This document shows, piece by piece, positions 34,465 to 42,671 of a stretch of DNA of 46,706 nucleotides. The DNA is taken from the IMG/VR virus record IMGVR_UViG_3300035524_000057, positions 1 to 46,706 of that record, one strand, 5' to 3'. The number at the start of each line of letters is the position of its first letter. Position 1 is the stretch's first letter. The DNA comes from a virus (taxonomy: Duplodnaviria; Caudoviricetes). The position numbers and the translations under genes are program-made. The notes under the pieces are model-generated. The model had not been told where the DNA came from. It searched no databases and worked only from the letters and a program-made list of their open reading frames with translations.

Positions 34465-34663
34465 CGTCCATGTCAGAGAGTTTTGGCATAATTTTCCCCG
34501 CTACCGGCTCCGTGTAGGCGTCAATCCACGGACAGACGCGAGGTGCAACGGGCAGCATAGGGTTTCTCCAACCCACGGCCCTGCCGGGAGGCCCAAAACC
34601 CCGGCAACATTTCTCATTAACAAGTCGTGGCGGCCGACTCTAAATGCCGCCGGGGAGTAAGAA

Positions 34664-34819
34664 ATGCAGCATCACGGGCAACAAGATTTTCTGGAAGAGT
34701 GGCGTGCGGAATATATCCGCCGCCGCGAGTACGAAAACAACGATAACGGCCTGCTCTGGCGGCTGGCCATCATCGTCCTGGCCGTGGCCGCTCTGATCGG
34801 TTCCACAGCCTGGATATAA
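34664..34819 (+). CDS. Small protein with C-terminal TM helix (51 aa), below the ORF-track cutoff
   Basis: Read manually: GGAG RBS, MQHHGQQDFLEEW...LLWRLAIIVLAVAALIGSTAWI. Confidence 0.55.
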   Translation: MQHHGQQDFLEEWRAEYIRRREYENNDNGLLWRLAIIVLAVAALIGSTAWI

Positions 34820-34832
34820 GGAGGGAAAGAAC

Positions 34833-35024
34833 ATGTTTGAGCTGAGACACCCCGAGTACCGGACCACGGTCATGTTCGACGAATCCGAGGTCCGCCGCAT
34901 TCTCACGGACGACGGCCTGTTTGTGGGCACGGCCCTGGGGCTCATCGCCCGATGCGTGGACGGTGAACCCATCAACTACCACGGCGGCACGCTCCGCTAC
35001 GTGGCAACCGCGGAGGCTGCGTAA
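34833..35024 (+). CDS. Hypothetical protein (63 aa)
   Basis: AAGGAGG RBS; packed in the early operon. Confidence 0.7.
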   Translation: MFELRHPEYRTTVMFDESEVRRILTDDGLFVGTALGLIARCVDGEPINYHGGTLRYVATAEAA

Positions 35025-35279
35025 ATGGAAATTATCCCTACCTGTGGCTATTGCGAGAACTACGACCAAGGTCTGTGTGACGCGGCCCACGACCTGCTTG
35101 TGGTGGACATGGGCTTCCCCCCGTTGGAGATCCGGGTGGACGAGCGGGCAGACGCCACGAACTGCCCCGAATTCGAGGCCACGGACGAATACTACGAGGA
35201 CTTAGCCCGATGCTCTGACACGGACCGTTACAACGGCGTCAGTCGTGGGGACGATTACCCCGGAACGCTGGCTGCGTAG
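35025..35279 (+). CDS. Hypothetical Cys-containing acidic protein (84 aa)
   Basis: CGYC...C...CPEF; abuts the previous stop. Confidence 0.65.
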   Translation: MEIIPTCGYCENYDQGLCDAAHDLLVVDMGFPPLEIRVDERADATNCPEFEATDEYYEDLARCSDTDRYNGVSRGDDYPGTLAA

Positions 35280-35284
35280 AAAAT

Positions 35285-35941
35285 ATGAACTCCCAGACAA
35301 AAAACGCCCCCTCGCGTGAAGATTGGCTCAAAGAGCGAAGAAAGGGGCTTGGCGGCAGCGACGCCGCCGCAGTGCTGGGCCTCTCCCCGTGGAAGACCAA
35401 TGTGGAGCTTTGGGAAGAGAAAACCGGACGCCGCGAGGAAAAAGACATCTCTGCGGATTCATGCGTCCAATACGGCGTAGCCGCGGAGCCGGTGATTCGC
35501 GCACAGTTTGCCCTCGATTACCCGCAGTATGAGGTGTTGCACGAGGAAAATGTTTCCATCGCCAGCAGCGAACACCCGCAACTCCGGGCGTCTCTGGACG
35601 GCAAATTGATCGAACGCGAAACAGGCCGGGTGGGCGTCCTAGAGATTAAAGCGGCCATGATCAACAGCCGCGCAGACAGGGACAAATGGAACGACGCCGT
35701 GCCGCAGCATTATTTCCTCCAGGTTTTGCACAACATGGCCGTTATCGTCGCTGATTTCGCCATCCTCAAGGCCCGGCTCGTGAGCAACTGGAACAACGAC
35801 TTGTGGGTGGCAGAACGCAGCTATTTGTTTGAGCTCGACGAATACAAAGAGGACATGGCTTACCTCGTCGAAAGGGAGCTTGCCTTTTGGAGGCTGGTTG
35901 AAACCGGCACGAGGCCGGACCTCATCCTGCCGGAAATATAA
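35285..35941 (+). CDS. YqaJ-like viral recombinase exonuclease
   Basis: WLKERRKGLGGSDAAA.LG.SPWK...LW.EKTG, ASLDG, LEIK, Y..QV.H. Confidence 0.93.
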   Translation: MNSQTKNAPSREDWLKERRKGLGGSDAAAVLGLSPWKTNVELWEEKTGRREEKDISADSCVQYGVAAEPVIRAQFALDYPQYEVLHEENVSIASSEHPQLRASLDGKLIERETGRVGVLEIKAAMINSRADRDKWNDAVPQHYFLQVLHNMAVIVADFAILKARLVSNWNNDLWVAERSYLFELDEYKEDMAYLVERELAFWRLVETGTRPDLILPEI

Positions 35942-36091
35942 CAGTTGGAGGATGGTAGGCAGATGTTGCGCGACAACTGCGAGGGCGGATGCTGCATCAA
36001 TGCGAGCTACTGCAAGATCCACAACAAGGAAGACTACAAATCCGGCGGGTGTAAGCGATACCAGCCAGGACCGGGAAACAAAGGAGAACGT

Positions 36092-37003
36092 ATGTCTATG
36101 GAGCTGAAGATTTTTAGCCCAAAGGAAGACGGCTATATCAAGGCCATTGAGTTCAATTTTGACGAACTCAAGGAGGAATTGGAGGTCCGGCTGGAGAAGT
36201 ATCAGGGGCTGGCCTACACCGACGAAACAATCCAGGACGCTAAAAAAGACCGTGCCTCGCTGAACAACTTCAAAAAAGCCTTGAACGACAAGAGATTAGA
36301 AATCAAACGGAAGCACATGGAGCCGTACAACGCGTTTGAAGCCAAGATCAAAGAACTTGTCGGGATGGTGGACGCGCCTGTCCTGGCCATCGACGCCCAG
36401 GTCAAGGGATATGAAGAGCGAAAGCGCGAAGAAAAGCAGCAAGCAATCTACGAACTGTGGCGCGCCCAGGAATCCGAAATCAAGGGCATGGTCAAACTGG
36501 AAGAAGTGTTCAACCCGCGGTGGCTGAATGTGTCCTACGCTATGGACAAAATCGAACAAGAAATCTCCGCGTTCCTTTCTAAGGTCGAGGAAGAGCTGAA
36601 CCTTATTTACGACCTGGAGACCGAGCACGAAGGTCAGGTTATCCGCACGTATCTGAACAGTTTCAACGTGGCTCAAGCCCTAGCCGAGGATAAAGCACTC
36701 AAGGAAGCAGCAGCTAAACAGGAAGAATACCGCAAGCAGCGCGAGGCCGCCAAGGCCGCAGCGGGAGAGGCCAGAAAAGCAGAAGATGCGAAGTCCGCCC
36801 AGCCCAAACCAGTTGTCCAGGCCGCGCCGCCAGCACGGGACGCTGAACCGGAGCCGGCTCGAGACATCCCCGCCACGCCTATTGTTCGACAGATGGACTT
36901 CCGCGTGTGGGCCACATCAGAGCAGCTTTCTGGGCTCAAAAAATACTTGGTCAATAACGGAATCAAATACGGGCGCGTCGAAGACAGCCGCCAAGCCGCA
37001 TAA
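36092..37003 (+). CDS. DUF1351 domain protein
   Basis: IEFNFDELK......Y....T......AKKDRA.LN..K...D.R..IK; between yqaJ and recT; start placed at ATG 36092 after AAGGAG. Confidence 0.85.
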   Translation: MSMELKIFSPKEDGYIKAIEFNFDELKEELEVRLEKYQGLAYTDETIQDAKKDRASLNNFKKALNDKRLEIKRKHMEPYNAFEAKIKELVGMVDAPVLAIDAQVKGYEERKREEKQQAIYELWRAQESEIKGMVKLEEVFNPRWLNVSYAMDKIEQEISAFLSKVEEELNLIYDLETEHEGQVIRTYLNSFNVAQALAEDKALKEAAAKQEEYRKQREAAKAAAGEARKAEDAKSAQPKPVVQAAPPARDAEPEPARDIPATPIVRQMDFRVWATSEQLSGLKKYLVNNGIKYGRVEDSRQAA

Positions 37004-37017
37004 AGGAGACCATCGGC

Positions 37018-37992
37018 ATGAAACCCAAGAACCAGCTCGCACCGCGCCAGGGCCAAGCCCCGGCCACGTTTTCCAACTTCATCACCGGCGAAGGCGTCCG
37101 GCGCAAGATTAACGAAATGGTCGGCGGGCAGGACGGGCAGAGATTTATCACGTCCATCATTTCCGCGGTCAGCGCGAACCCAGCGTTGCAGGAGTGCGAC
37201 CACAGTACGATTTTGAGCGCGGCCATGCTGGGGGAAAGCCTCAAACTCTCCCCATCAGCACAACTTGGGCAGTTTTACATTGTCCCGTTCCGGGACAGGA
37301 AGAATGGGCGCACCGTGGCCACCTTCCAAGTCGGGTATAAAGGCTACATCCAACTTGCCATCCGCTCCGGCCAGTACAAAAAGCTGAACGTGCTGGCCAT
37401 CAAGGAAGGCGAGCTTGTCAGCTACGACCCGCTCAACGAAGAGATCGAAGTTGACCTGATCCAGGATGATGCCGCACGCGAAGAAGCGGAAACCATCGGC
37501 TATTACGCCATGTTCGAATACACCAACGGTTTCCGCAAGACCATGTACTGGTCCAAAGCGCGGATGCAGGCCCACGCCAAAAAATATTCCCAAGGGTACG
37601 CCAAAGACTTGGCAAGAGGCTTGTCCTATTCGTTCTGGTCCAAGGACTTCGATGCCATGGCCTACAAGACTATGTTGCGCCAGATTATCAGCAAGTGGGG
37701 AATCATGTCCGTGGAAATGCAAAAGGCCATGGACGGCGATAGCGCCATCCTGATCAACGGTGAACCGCAGTATGTTGACGTGCCCGCAGACCCCCCCAGC
37801 CCAAGGTCCACGCAGGAGGAAGAGGAAGACTTTTTCTCTGAAGCGGAAACTGAATCCCCCAATGCCGCCGCCGAAACAAAACCCACCCACGGGGGCGCGA
37901 CCTGCCCTATCACGGAAGCCCCCGTAGAACCCGGTGATTGCGACCAGTGCAAAGAGCGCGGGCAATGCCCCGTGGTCAGCCAGGCCGCCTAA
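37018..37992 (+). CDS. recT: RecT family single-strand annealing recombinase
   Basis: LG..YIVPF...ATFQVGYKGYIQLAIRSGQY, W..DFDAMA.KT.LR. Confidence 0.93.
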   Translation: MKPKNQLAPRQGQAPATFSNFITGEGVRRKINEMVGGQDGQRFITSIISAVSANPALQECDHSTILSAAMLGESLKLSPSAQLGQFYIVPFRDRKNGRTVATFQVGYKGYIQLAIRSGQYKKLNVLAIKEGELVSYDPLNEEIEVDLIQDDAAREEAETIGYYAMFEYTNGFRKTMYWSKARMQAHAKKYSQGYAKDLARGLSYSFWSKDFDAMAYKTMLRQIISKWGIMSVEMQKAMDGDSAILINGEPQYVDVPADPPSPRSTQEEEEDFFSEAETESPNAAAETKPTHGGATCPITEAPVEPGDCDQCKERGQCPVVSQAA

Positions 37993-38063
37993 CCTCCCTC
38001 CCCTACACCCTGCGGGGCTGGGCCGTGCAATGCGGCCTGGCCCCCAAAAAAAGGAGAAAGAAA

Positions 38064-38609
38064 ATGCAGCTAAATGTGACTATTGATCTTGGCGACTTGT
38101 ATGGCGAAGAAATGACTGTCGAAGAAATAATTACGTCTGAAATGCGACAGCAGGTGCTCAGTGAAGTCGCAAAGATAATGGCTGACGGCGAAGTCAGAGC
38201 CATGGCTAAAGAGATGTCCAATTCTGTCCGTGGGGAGATCGAAAGGCTCATGCGTGAACGGGTGGACTCTTTCATGGGCGAGGAGATTGCCCTCACTGGA
38301 CGGTGGGGGGAGCCTGCCTTTGTCGGGACGATAGAAGACCTTTTGAAAAAGACATTCGATGAAACTGTCATGGCCCCTGTTGATGCCAGGGGAGAACGCC
38401 TAAGTGGTTGTAGCTCATCCAGCGAAACGTACCTTGAGTTCTCTATTAAAAAGGCGGCCGAGAAGTTTATGAAAACGGATTTGCAAAAGGCAAAGGAGTC
38501 TGTCGAAAGGGTCATCAGAGGAGAGATCAAAAACCAGCTTGAAGAATATAAGGCTGGTGTCCTGAAGGAAGAAGTTTCAGAGGCTATCAAGGCTATCCTT
38601 GGCAAATAG
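38064..38609 (+). CDS. Hypothetical protein (181 aa)
   Basis: AAGGAG RBS before ATG 38064 (MQLNVTIDL). Confidence 0.75.
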   Translation: MQLNVTIDLGDLYGEEMTVEEIITSEMRQQVLSEVAKIMADGEVRAMAKEMSNSVRGEIERLMRERVDSFMGEEIALTGRWGEPAFVGTIEDLLKKTFDETVMAPVDARGERLSGCSSSSETYLEFSIKKAAEKFMKTDLQKAKESVERVIRGEIKNQLEEYKAGVLKEEVSEAIKAILGK

Positions 38610-38611
38610 GC

Positions 38612-38869
38612 ATGAGAAAAAAGGAACTAGGCGAATCAAACATCGAGGAAACAGGTGAGCACTTTATGCTGTTCTCCGCCAAAGGTGAAGACGACGGAAG
38701 TCGTGTCGAAGGTATACTGAGTTGCAGCCCAATCGCCCTGTCCGCAATGCTGCTTACGGTGTTAAAGCAGAATCCCGGAGTTTTATCCATGGTGCTCGCG
38801 CGAATTTTCTCAGAGGGTTCTGCCAAGGGAGATGAGGCAGCAAGGGGAGCAAGCAGTATAATGCAGTGA
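38612..38869 (+). CDS. Hypothetical protein (85 aa)
   Basis: Starts 2 bp after the previous stop. Confidence 0.55.
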   Translation: MRKKELGESNIEETGEHFMLFSAKGEDDGSRVEGILSCSPIALSAMLLTVLKQNPGVLSMVLARIFSEGSAKGDEAARGASSIMQ

Positions 38870-38882
38870 AAAAGGAGAAATA

Positions 38883-39422
38883 ATGTCCAAATACACAACA
38901 AAACAGCTCGTGGACCTTCTCCGCAAGGGTGACCCGTTGAGCCACAAAATACTCAAGGTCATTGCCGACAGGCTGGAGAGCAGCCATCGCGAACACGCAC
39001 ACCGCTTGGACGAAGTGCGAGAGCTGCAAGAAAAAATCATGTGGTTCTTGGAGTGCTGGGAGATGAAACCGCCGCAAGATGCTGGAGCGTACAAAGAGGC
39101 CGAGCAGACATTGATAGCATCCGTGGATGCTCTGGCCGACAAGGTGGAAGGACGCTCCCCGTTGGTACTAGATGACGAACACGACGTGGATATCTTTGTG
39201 GAGAATATATTCCGTCCTGCCTTGGTGGTCACACTCAAAGCAGAGAACCACCGCCTACGGAGAGGGCTGGAAGAAATCGTTTCCACTGCCGAATCCGATC
39301 CTGAAAACCAATACGACATGAACAGCTATGCCGCCGGTTATTCTGGCGGGCTTGAGGAACAAGCGCAGAGGGCGCGCGAGGCGCTGCTGGAGAAGGATTC
39401 CCACACGCAACCGAGCTATTAA
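38883..39422 (+). CDS. Hypothetical protein (179 aa)
   Basis: AAGGAG RBS; helical composition. Confidence 0.7.
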   Translation: MSKYTTKQLVDLLRKGDPLSHKILKVIADRLESSHREHAHRLDEVRELQEKIMWFLECWEMKPPQDAGAYKEAEQTLIASVDALADKVEGRSPLVLDDEHDVDIFVENIFRPALVVTLKAENHRLRRGLEEIVSTAESDPENQYDMNSYAAGYSGGLEEQAQRAREALLEKDSHTQPSY

Positions 39423-39452
39423 GAAACCCTTAATAGCTGGAAGGAGGCAAGA

Positions 39453-40133
39453 ATGCAGGTTAAGCCTATTTTGTTTAGCGGTCCGGATGTTCGGGCTGTC
39501 TTTGACGGGTGGAAGACGCAGATGCGGCGGGTTGTTGAGCCGCAACCTGACGAAGATGGGCTGTGCAGGTGGGCGCCAGACGCACCCGGTGTTCCATTTA
39601 GCTATGAGCATAACGTTTGGCGTGACACCTCCGACAGTGTTTACAGGCCACGATATGTCCCCGGTGACATTTTGTGGGTGCGGGAGACGCACGGTTTCTT
39701 TTGCCCTGGCGACCCCAAAACCGGCTTACCAGACCGCAGCGACATCCGAATCATCTATCCAGCAACCGACGAAGTTCCGGACATCGGAGTCGATGAAGAC
39801 GACTGGTTCATTGATGAGCGTCCGCTCCCCATGCGCCCCTCCATTCACATGCCCAAGTGGGCGTGCCGTTTGTGGCTCCGCGTGACGGACACGGACGTAG
39901 AGCAGATTCAGGACATGACGGAGCAGGGCGCAGAAGCAGAAGGGTTCACCTCGATTGCGGAACATTCTCCAGGCAGGCCAGATAAGATGATAAGAACAGC
40001 TCGCCAATCGTTCCGCGACCATTGGGAAACCCGCTACCCCGGCTCGTGGGAGCGTAATGACTGGGTGTGGGTATACGAATTCGAGCGTTGCGAAAGGCCG
40101 GCAGGGTGGCCAGAGAGTGAGGTCGCGGCGTGA
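39453..40133 (+). CDS. ASCH/PUA-like phage protein
   Basis: PILFS...VRA..DG.KTQ.RR, PGD.LWVRET, RPSIHMPKWACRL.L, VE..QD.....A.AEG, WVWVYEF. Confidence 0.75.
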   Translation: MQVKPILFSGPDVRAVFDGWKTQMRRVVEPQPDEDGLCRWAPDAPGVPFSYEHNVWRDTSDSVYRPRYVPGDILWVRETHGFFCPGDPKTGLPDRSDIRIIYPATDEVPDIGVDEDDWFIDERPLPMRPSIHMPKWACRLWLRVTDTDVEQIQDMTEQGAEAEGFTSIAEHSPGRPDKMIRTARQSFRDHWETRYPGSWERNDWVWVYEFERCERPAGWPESEVAA

Positions 40134-41092
40134 CGCTGACGGTAGGCTCCCTGTTCTCCGGCATCGGAGGACTTGACTTGGGTTTGTCCTGGGCCGGGAT
40201 GCGCCACAAATGGTTTGTGGAGCAAAACCCGGATCGTCAAACCGTGCTGGCCGACCATTGGCCAGATGCGACCATATACGGAGACATCGATGCCATCGAC
40301 CTCTCAAGCCTTGCTCCCGTTGACCTCATCGTCGGGGGATTCCCCTGCCAGGGCTTTAGCCTCGCCGGGATCCGAAAAGGCACGGCAGATGACCGTTTCC
40401 TCTGGCCAAAAATGTTTGAGGTTGTGCAGGCTGTCCGCCCCAGATGGGTCTTGGCAGAAAATGTTCCTGGGATCACTTCTACTGAATCCGGAGTGGCGGT
40501 CAGCAGAGTTTTTTTTGACCTGGAGAGTTGTGGATATGACTTGCTCCGCGGTCCAGACGGGCACCCTGCGCTACTCGATATTCCGGCTTGCGGAGTCAAT
40601 GCCCCGCACATACGCCACAGAGTCTTTTTCGTTGGACACCGCATCGAGGATGACATGGGCGACCCCTGCCGCGAGGGATTACAGGCACCCGAACAGCCCG
40701 GAAAGCCAGGAGCGAAGGAAGCAAGGCCGGGAGAAGGCCGGGGAACAGCTGCCCAACCAGGTGGCACAGGAAGTGTGGAGGACTCCGCAGGCCGCGATGA
40801 CGAGTGCCAAGGCGAACGTCACGAAGCTGAAAGGGAGAGAGGCCACAGACCCGCAGGTGGGGTTGCCGGACCAAGTAGCCCACTTGACCACTGGGACGCC
40901 GCCGAACACATCCTCTGCAACGACGGGAAAGCCCGCCGCGTGCCCACCGCTGAATCCAGGATTCGTCTTGTGGCTCATGGGGTTCCCCGCCGGCTGGCTC
41001 AAATCTCTGGAGCAGGAGACGCGGTAGTGCCCCAAGTCGCATACATGATTGGCCGGGCTATTATCCAGGCAGATACGGAGGACCTAGCATGA
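40130..41092 (+). CDS. C5-cytosine DNA methyltransferase, main (alpha) chain, lacking in-frame motif IX
   Basis: Motif I SLFSGIGG, IV GGFPCQ, VI ENV, VIII HIRHRVF, X GDAVVPQVA. Confidence 0.92.
   Translation: MTLTVGSLFSGIGGLDLGLSWAGMRHKWFVEQNPDRQTVLADHWPDATIYGDIDAIDLSSLAPVDLIVGGFPCQGFSLAGIRKGTADDRFLWPKMFEVVQAVRPRWVLAENVPGITSTESGVAVSRVFFDLESCGYDLLRGPDGHPALLDIPACGVNAPHIRHRVFFVGHRIEDDMGDPCREGLQAPEQPGKPGAKEARPGEGRGTAAQPGGTGSVEDSAGRDDECQGERHEAERERGHRPAGGVAGPSSPLDHWDAAEHILCNDGKARRVPTAESRIRLVAHGVPRRLAQISGAGDAVVPQVAYMIGRAIIQADTEDLA
40290..41027 (+). CDS. Overlapping +1-frame ORF: putative beta chain of the methyltransferase (TRD-like repeats plus motif IX)
   Basis: Frame open 40173-41027; GGAG 6 nt before ATG 40290; W(A/R)TP.A...LP(N/D)QVA twice, then LNPGFVLWLMGFPAGW. 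Confidence 0.65.
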   Translation: MPSTSQALLPLTSSSGDSPARALASPGSEKARQMTVSSGQKCLRLCRLSAPDGSWQKMFLGSLLLNPEWRSAEFFLTWRVVDMTCSAVQTGTLRYSIFRLAESMPRTYATESFSLDTASRMTWATPAARDYRHPNSPESQERRKQGREKAGEQLPNQVAQEVWRTPQAAMTSAKANVTKLKGREATDPQVGLPDQVAHLTTGTPPNTSSATTGKPAACPPLNPGFVLWLMGFPAGWLKSLEQETR

Positions 41093-41131
41093 GCACATGC
41101 TTGGAAGAAAAGACCCTCTTGAGGCATTGAC

Positions 41132-41359
41132 ATGGAAGATCTGATGTACGTTCCCGCCAAGAAGGCCGCGTCCATTTGCGGCTATTCGCACCGCCATTTC
41201 ATGCGGCTGGTGGCGGAATACGACATCCCGCGCTACGGTCCCGGGAGCAACCGCTTTCTTGTGTCGGACCTGCATCTATTCATGGAGAATCCCCACGCGT
41301 TTAAGGCGGTAGCCAAATCCCGACATCGGCACGGTGCCTTTACTCCGGTTGCGGCCTAG
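41132..41359 (+). CDS. xis: Excisionase-like HTH protein
   Basis: AKKAASICGYS...F...IPRYG....RF..SDL..FM; immediately upstream of the integrase. Confidence 0.75.
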   Translation: MEDLMYVPAKKAASICGYSHRHFMRLVAEYDIPRYGPGSNRFLVSDLHLFMENPHAFKAVAKSRHRHGAFTPVAA

Positions 41360-41373
41360 GGTATCGGGCTGGG

Positions 41374-42426
41374 ATGAGCGTCCACAAGACCAAAACAGGC
41401 ACATGGTACGTCCAGTACCGGGTCAAAGGCCAAAAGTCCCCCATCAAGGAGTACACGGGCAAGGGACGGGCCGGAAAACGTGACGCTGAAGTCCGTGACG
41501 CAGAAATAAAGCTCATGAAGGCCAAGGGAGACGAACCCAGGGCCACGAGCAAAGTCTATCTGGACCAGCTTGCCCAAGCATATCTGGATGACGCAAAACG
41601 GCGGCGCGTGTCCGAGCGCTACCGCAAAGAGTTCGCTGCGCTGCTCAACGCGTACATTCTCCCCTCGCTCTGCCACAAGCCGGTTGACCACCTTTCTCAC
41701 GAGGACGTAATGCGCGTTGCTTCCCGCTGGGAAAACGCCTCCACAGCCACCCAAAACAGATATATGGGATATCTGCGCTCAGTGTTCCGATTCGGGATCA
41801 AGTACGACCTGACAAGCGTGAACCCTCTGGCGAAGTGGGAGAAGGTCCGCGAGCGCAAGTACGAAATGCGCCTGACCGTGGCCGACCTCCAGCGCATCCA
41901 CGCGGCAGCCGAGCCGCACTTGCAGTGGACCCTGGAGGTGGCCTTGAACCTCGGCACGCGCCCCGGGACCACCGAGCTGTTTGCGCTGCGATGGGACGAT
42001 GTGGACTACCAGTCAGGAACGGTGCACGTCCGGGGTACCAAGACGGAAAAATCCGACCGCATCATCCCTTTTTCGGCGGGATTCCGCACTCGGCTGCTGG
42101 GACAGCAGCGCGTGGCCACCACGGACTACCTGATCGAGTACAACGGCAAGCCCGTCAAGTCGGTCAAGCGGGCATGGGCCACGGCCCTGCGCCGGGCAGG
42201 CATTACCTATCGCGTACGACTCTACGACGTGCGCCACCTGTTCGCCACAACCATGTTGGCCGGAGGCGCGGACCTGGCCGCAGTATCAAAGCTCCTAGGC
42301 CATGCCTCCATCCGCACCACGCAGGAACATTATTACCAGCTCCTCCAAGGTGAAATGGAACGCGCGGTCGCCAAGCTGCCTTCGCTGGCCCCCACCAAAC
42401 AGGGCAAAATTATCAAGATAGGGTGA
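41374..42426 (+). CDS. int: Tyrosine recombinase / phage integrase
   Basis: Catalytic pattern R (GTRPG), K (GTKT), YDVRH (Tyr in place of the first His), LLGH, and C-terminal Tyr; next to the tRNA. Confidence 0.95.
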   Translation: MSVHKTKTGTWYVQYRVKGQKSPIKEYTGKGRAGKRDAEVRDAEIKLMKAKGDEPRATSKVYLDQLAQAYLDDAKRRRVSERYRKEFAALLNAYILPSLCHKPVDHLSHEDVMRVASRWENASTATQNRYMGYLRSVFRFGIKYDLTSVNPLAKWEKVRERKYEMRLTVADLQRIHAAAEPHLQWTLEVALNLGTRPGTTELFALRWDDVDYQSGTVHVRGTKTEKSDRIIPFSAGFRTRLLGQQRVATTDYLIEYNGKPVKSVKRAWATALRRAGITYRVRLYDVRHLFATTMLAGGADLAAVSKLLGHASIRTTQEHYYQLLQGEMERAVAKLPSLAPTKQGKIIKIG

Positions 42427-42430
42427 GCGG

Positions 42431-42450
42431 TTGTACCTGTATTTGTACCT
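42431..42450 (+). repeat. Direct repeat TTGTACCT x2, probable integrase arm-type binding sites
   Basis: Copies at 42431-42438 and 42443-42450, between int and the tRNA 3' end. Confidence 0.55.
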
Positions 42451-42499
42451 ACAGAAAAATGAAGGGCCCACGGTTGTAGCCGTAAGCCCTTGATTCTTC

Positions 42500-42574
42500 T
42501 GGTAGGCGCGGAGGGATTTGAACCCCCGACCCTCTGCACGTCAAGCAGATGCTCTCCCCCTGAGCTACGCGCCT
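42500..42574 (-). tRNA. tRNA-Val(GAC), prophage attachment site
   Basis: Acceptor AGGCGCG/CGCGCCT plus ACCA; anticodon arm TCTGC-TTGACGT-GCAGA; T-loop GTTCAAATC; 75 nt. Confidence 0.97.
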
Positions 42575-42671
42575 TTATTTCTTCCCCTCAACGGGGAAGG
42601 CCTATTTAGCCGTACGCACTTTCCTTGTCAACCGCTTTCCACTCCCCTTTTTCGTTTTTTTCTCCATAGAC

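Larger units (their letters stand above)
1..42530. mobile_element. Temperate prophage with BPP-1/T7-like podovirus virion genes and a lambdoid-style early region, integrated at tRNA-Val; left end is outside the window
   Basis: Continuous phage gene order from tail fibres to integrase; integrase ends about 75 bp from the tRNA 3' end; host signalling genes follow. The right boundary is approximate because no second att copy is present. Confidence 0.95.

Noticed and set aside
38009-38052. Hairpin after recT as an intrinsic terminator
   Set aside because: The stem is followed by an A tract, not a U tract, on the coding strand; more likely a stability or processing hairpin.
42480-42574. Second att copy defining the exact prophage boundaries
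   Set aside because: No duplicate of the tRNA 3' end was found in the window, so core length and the left end cannot be stated.
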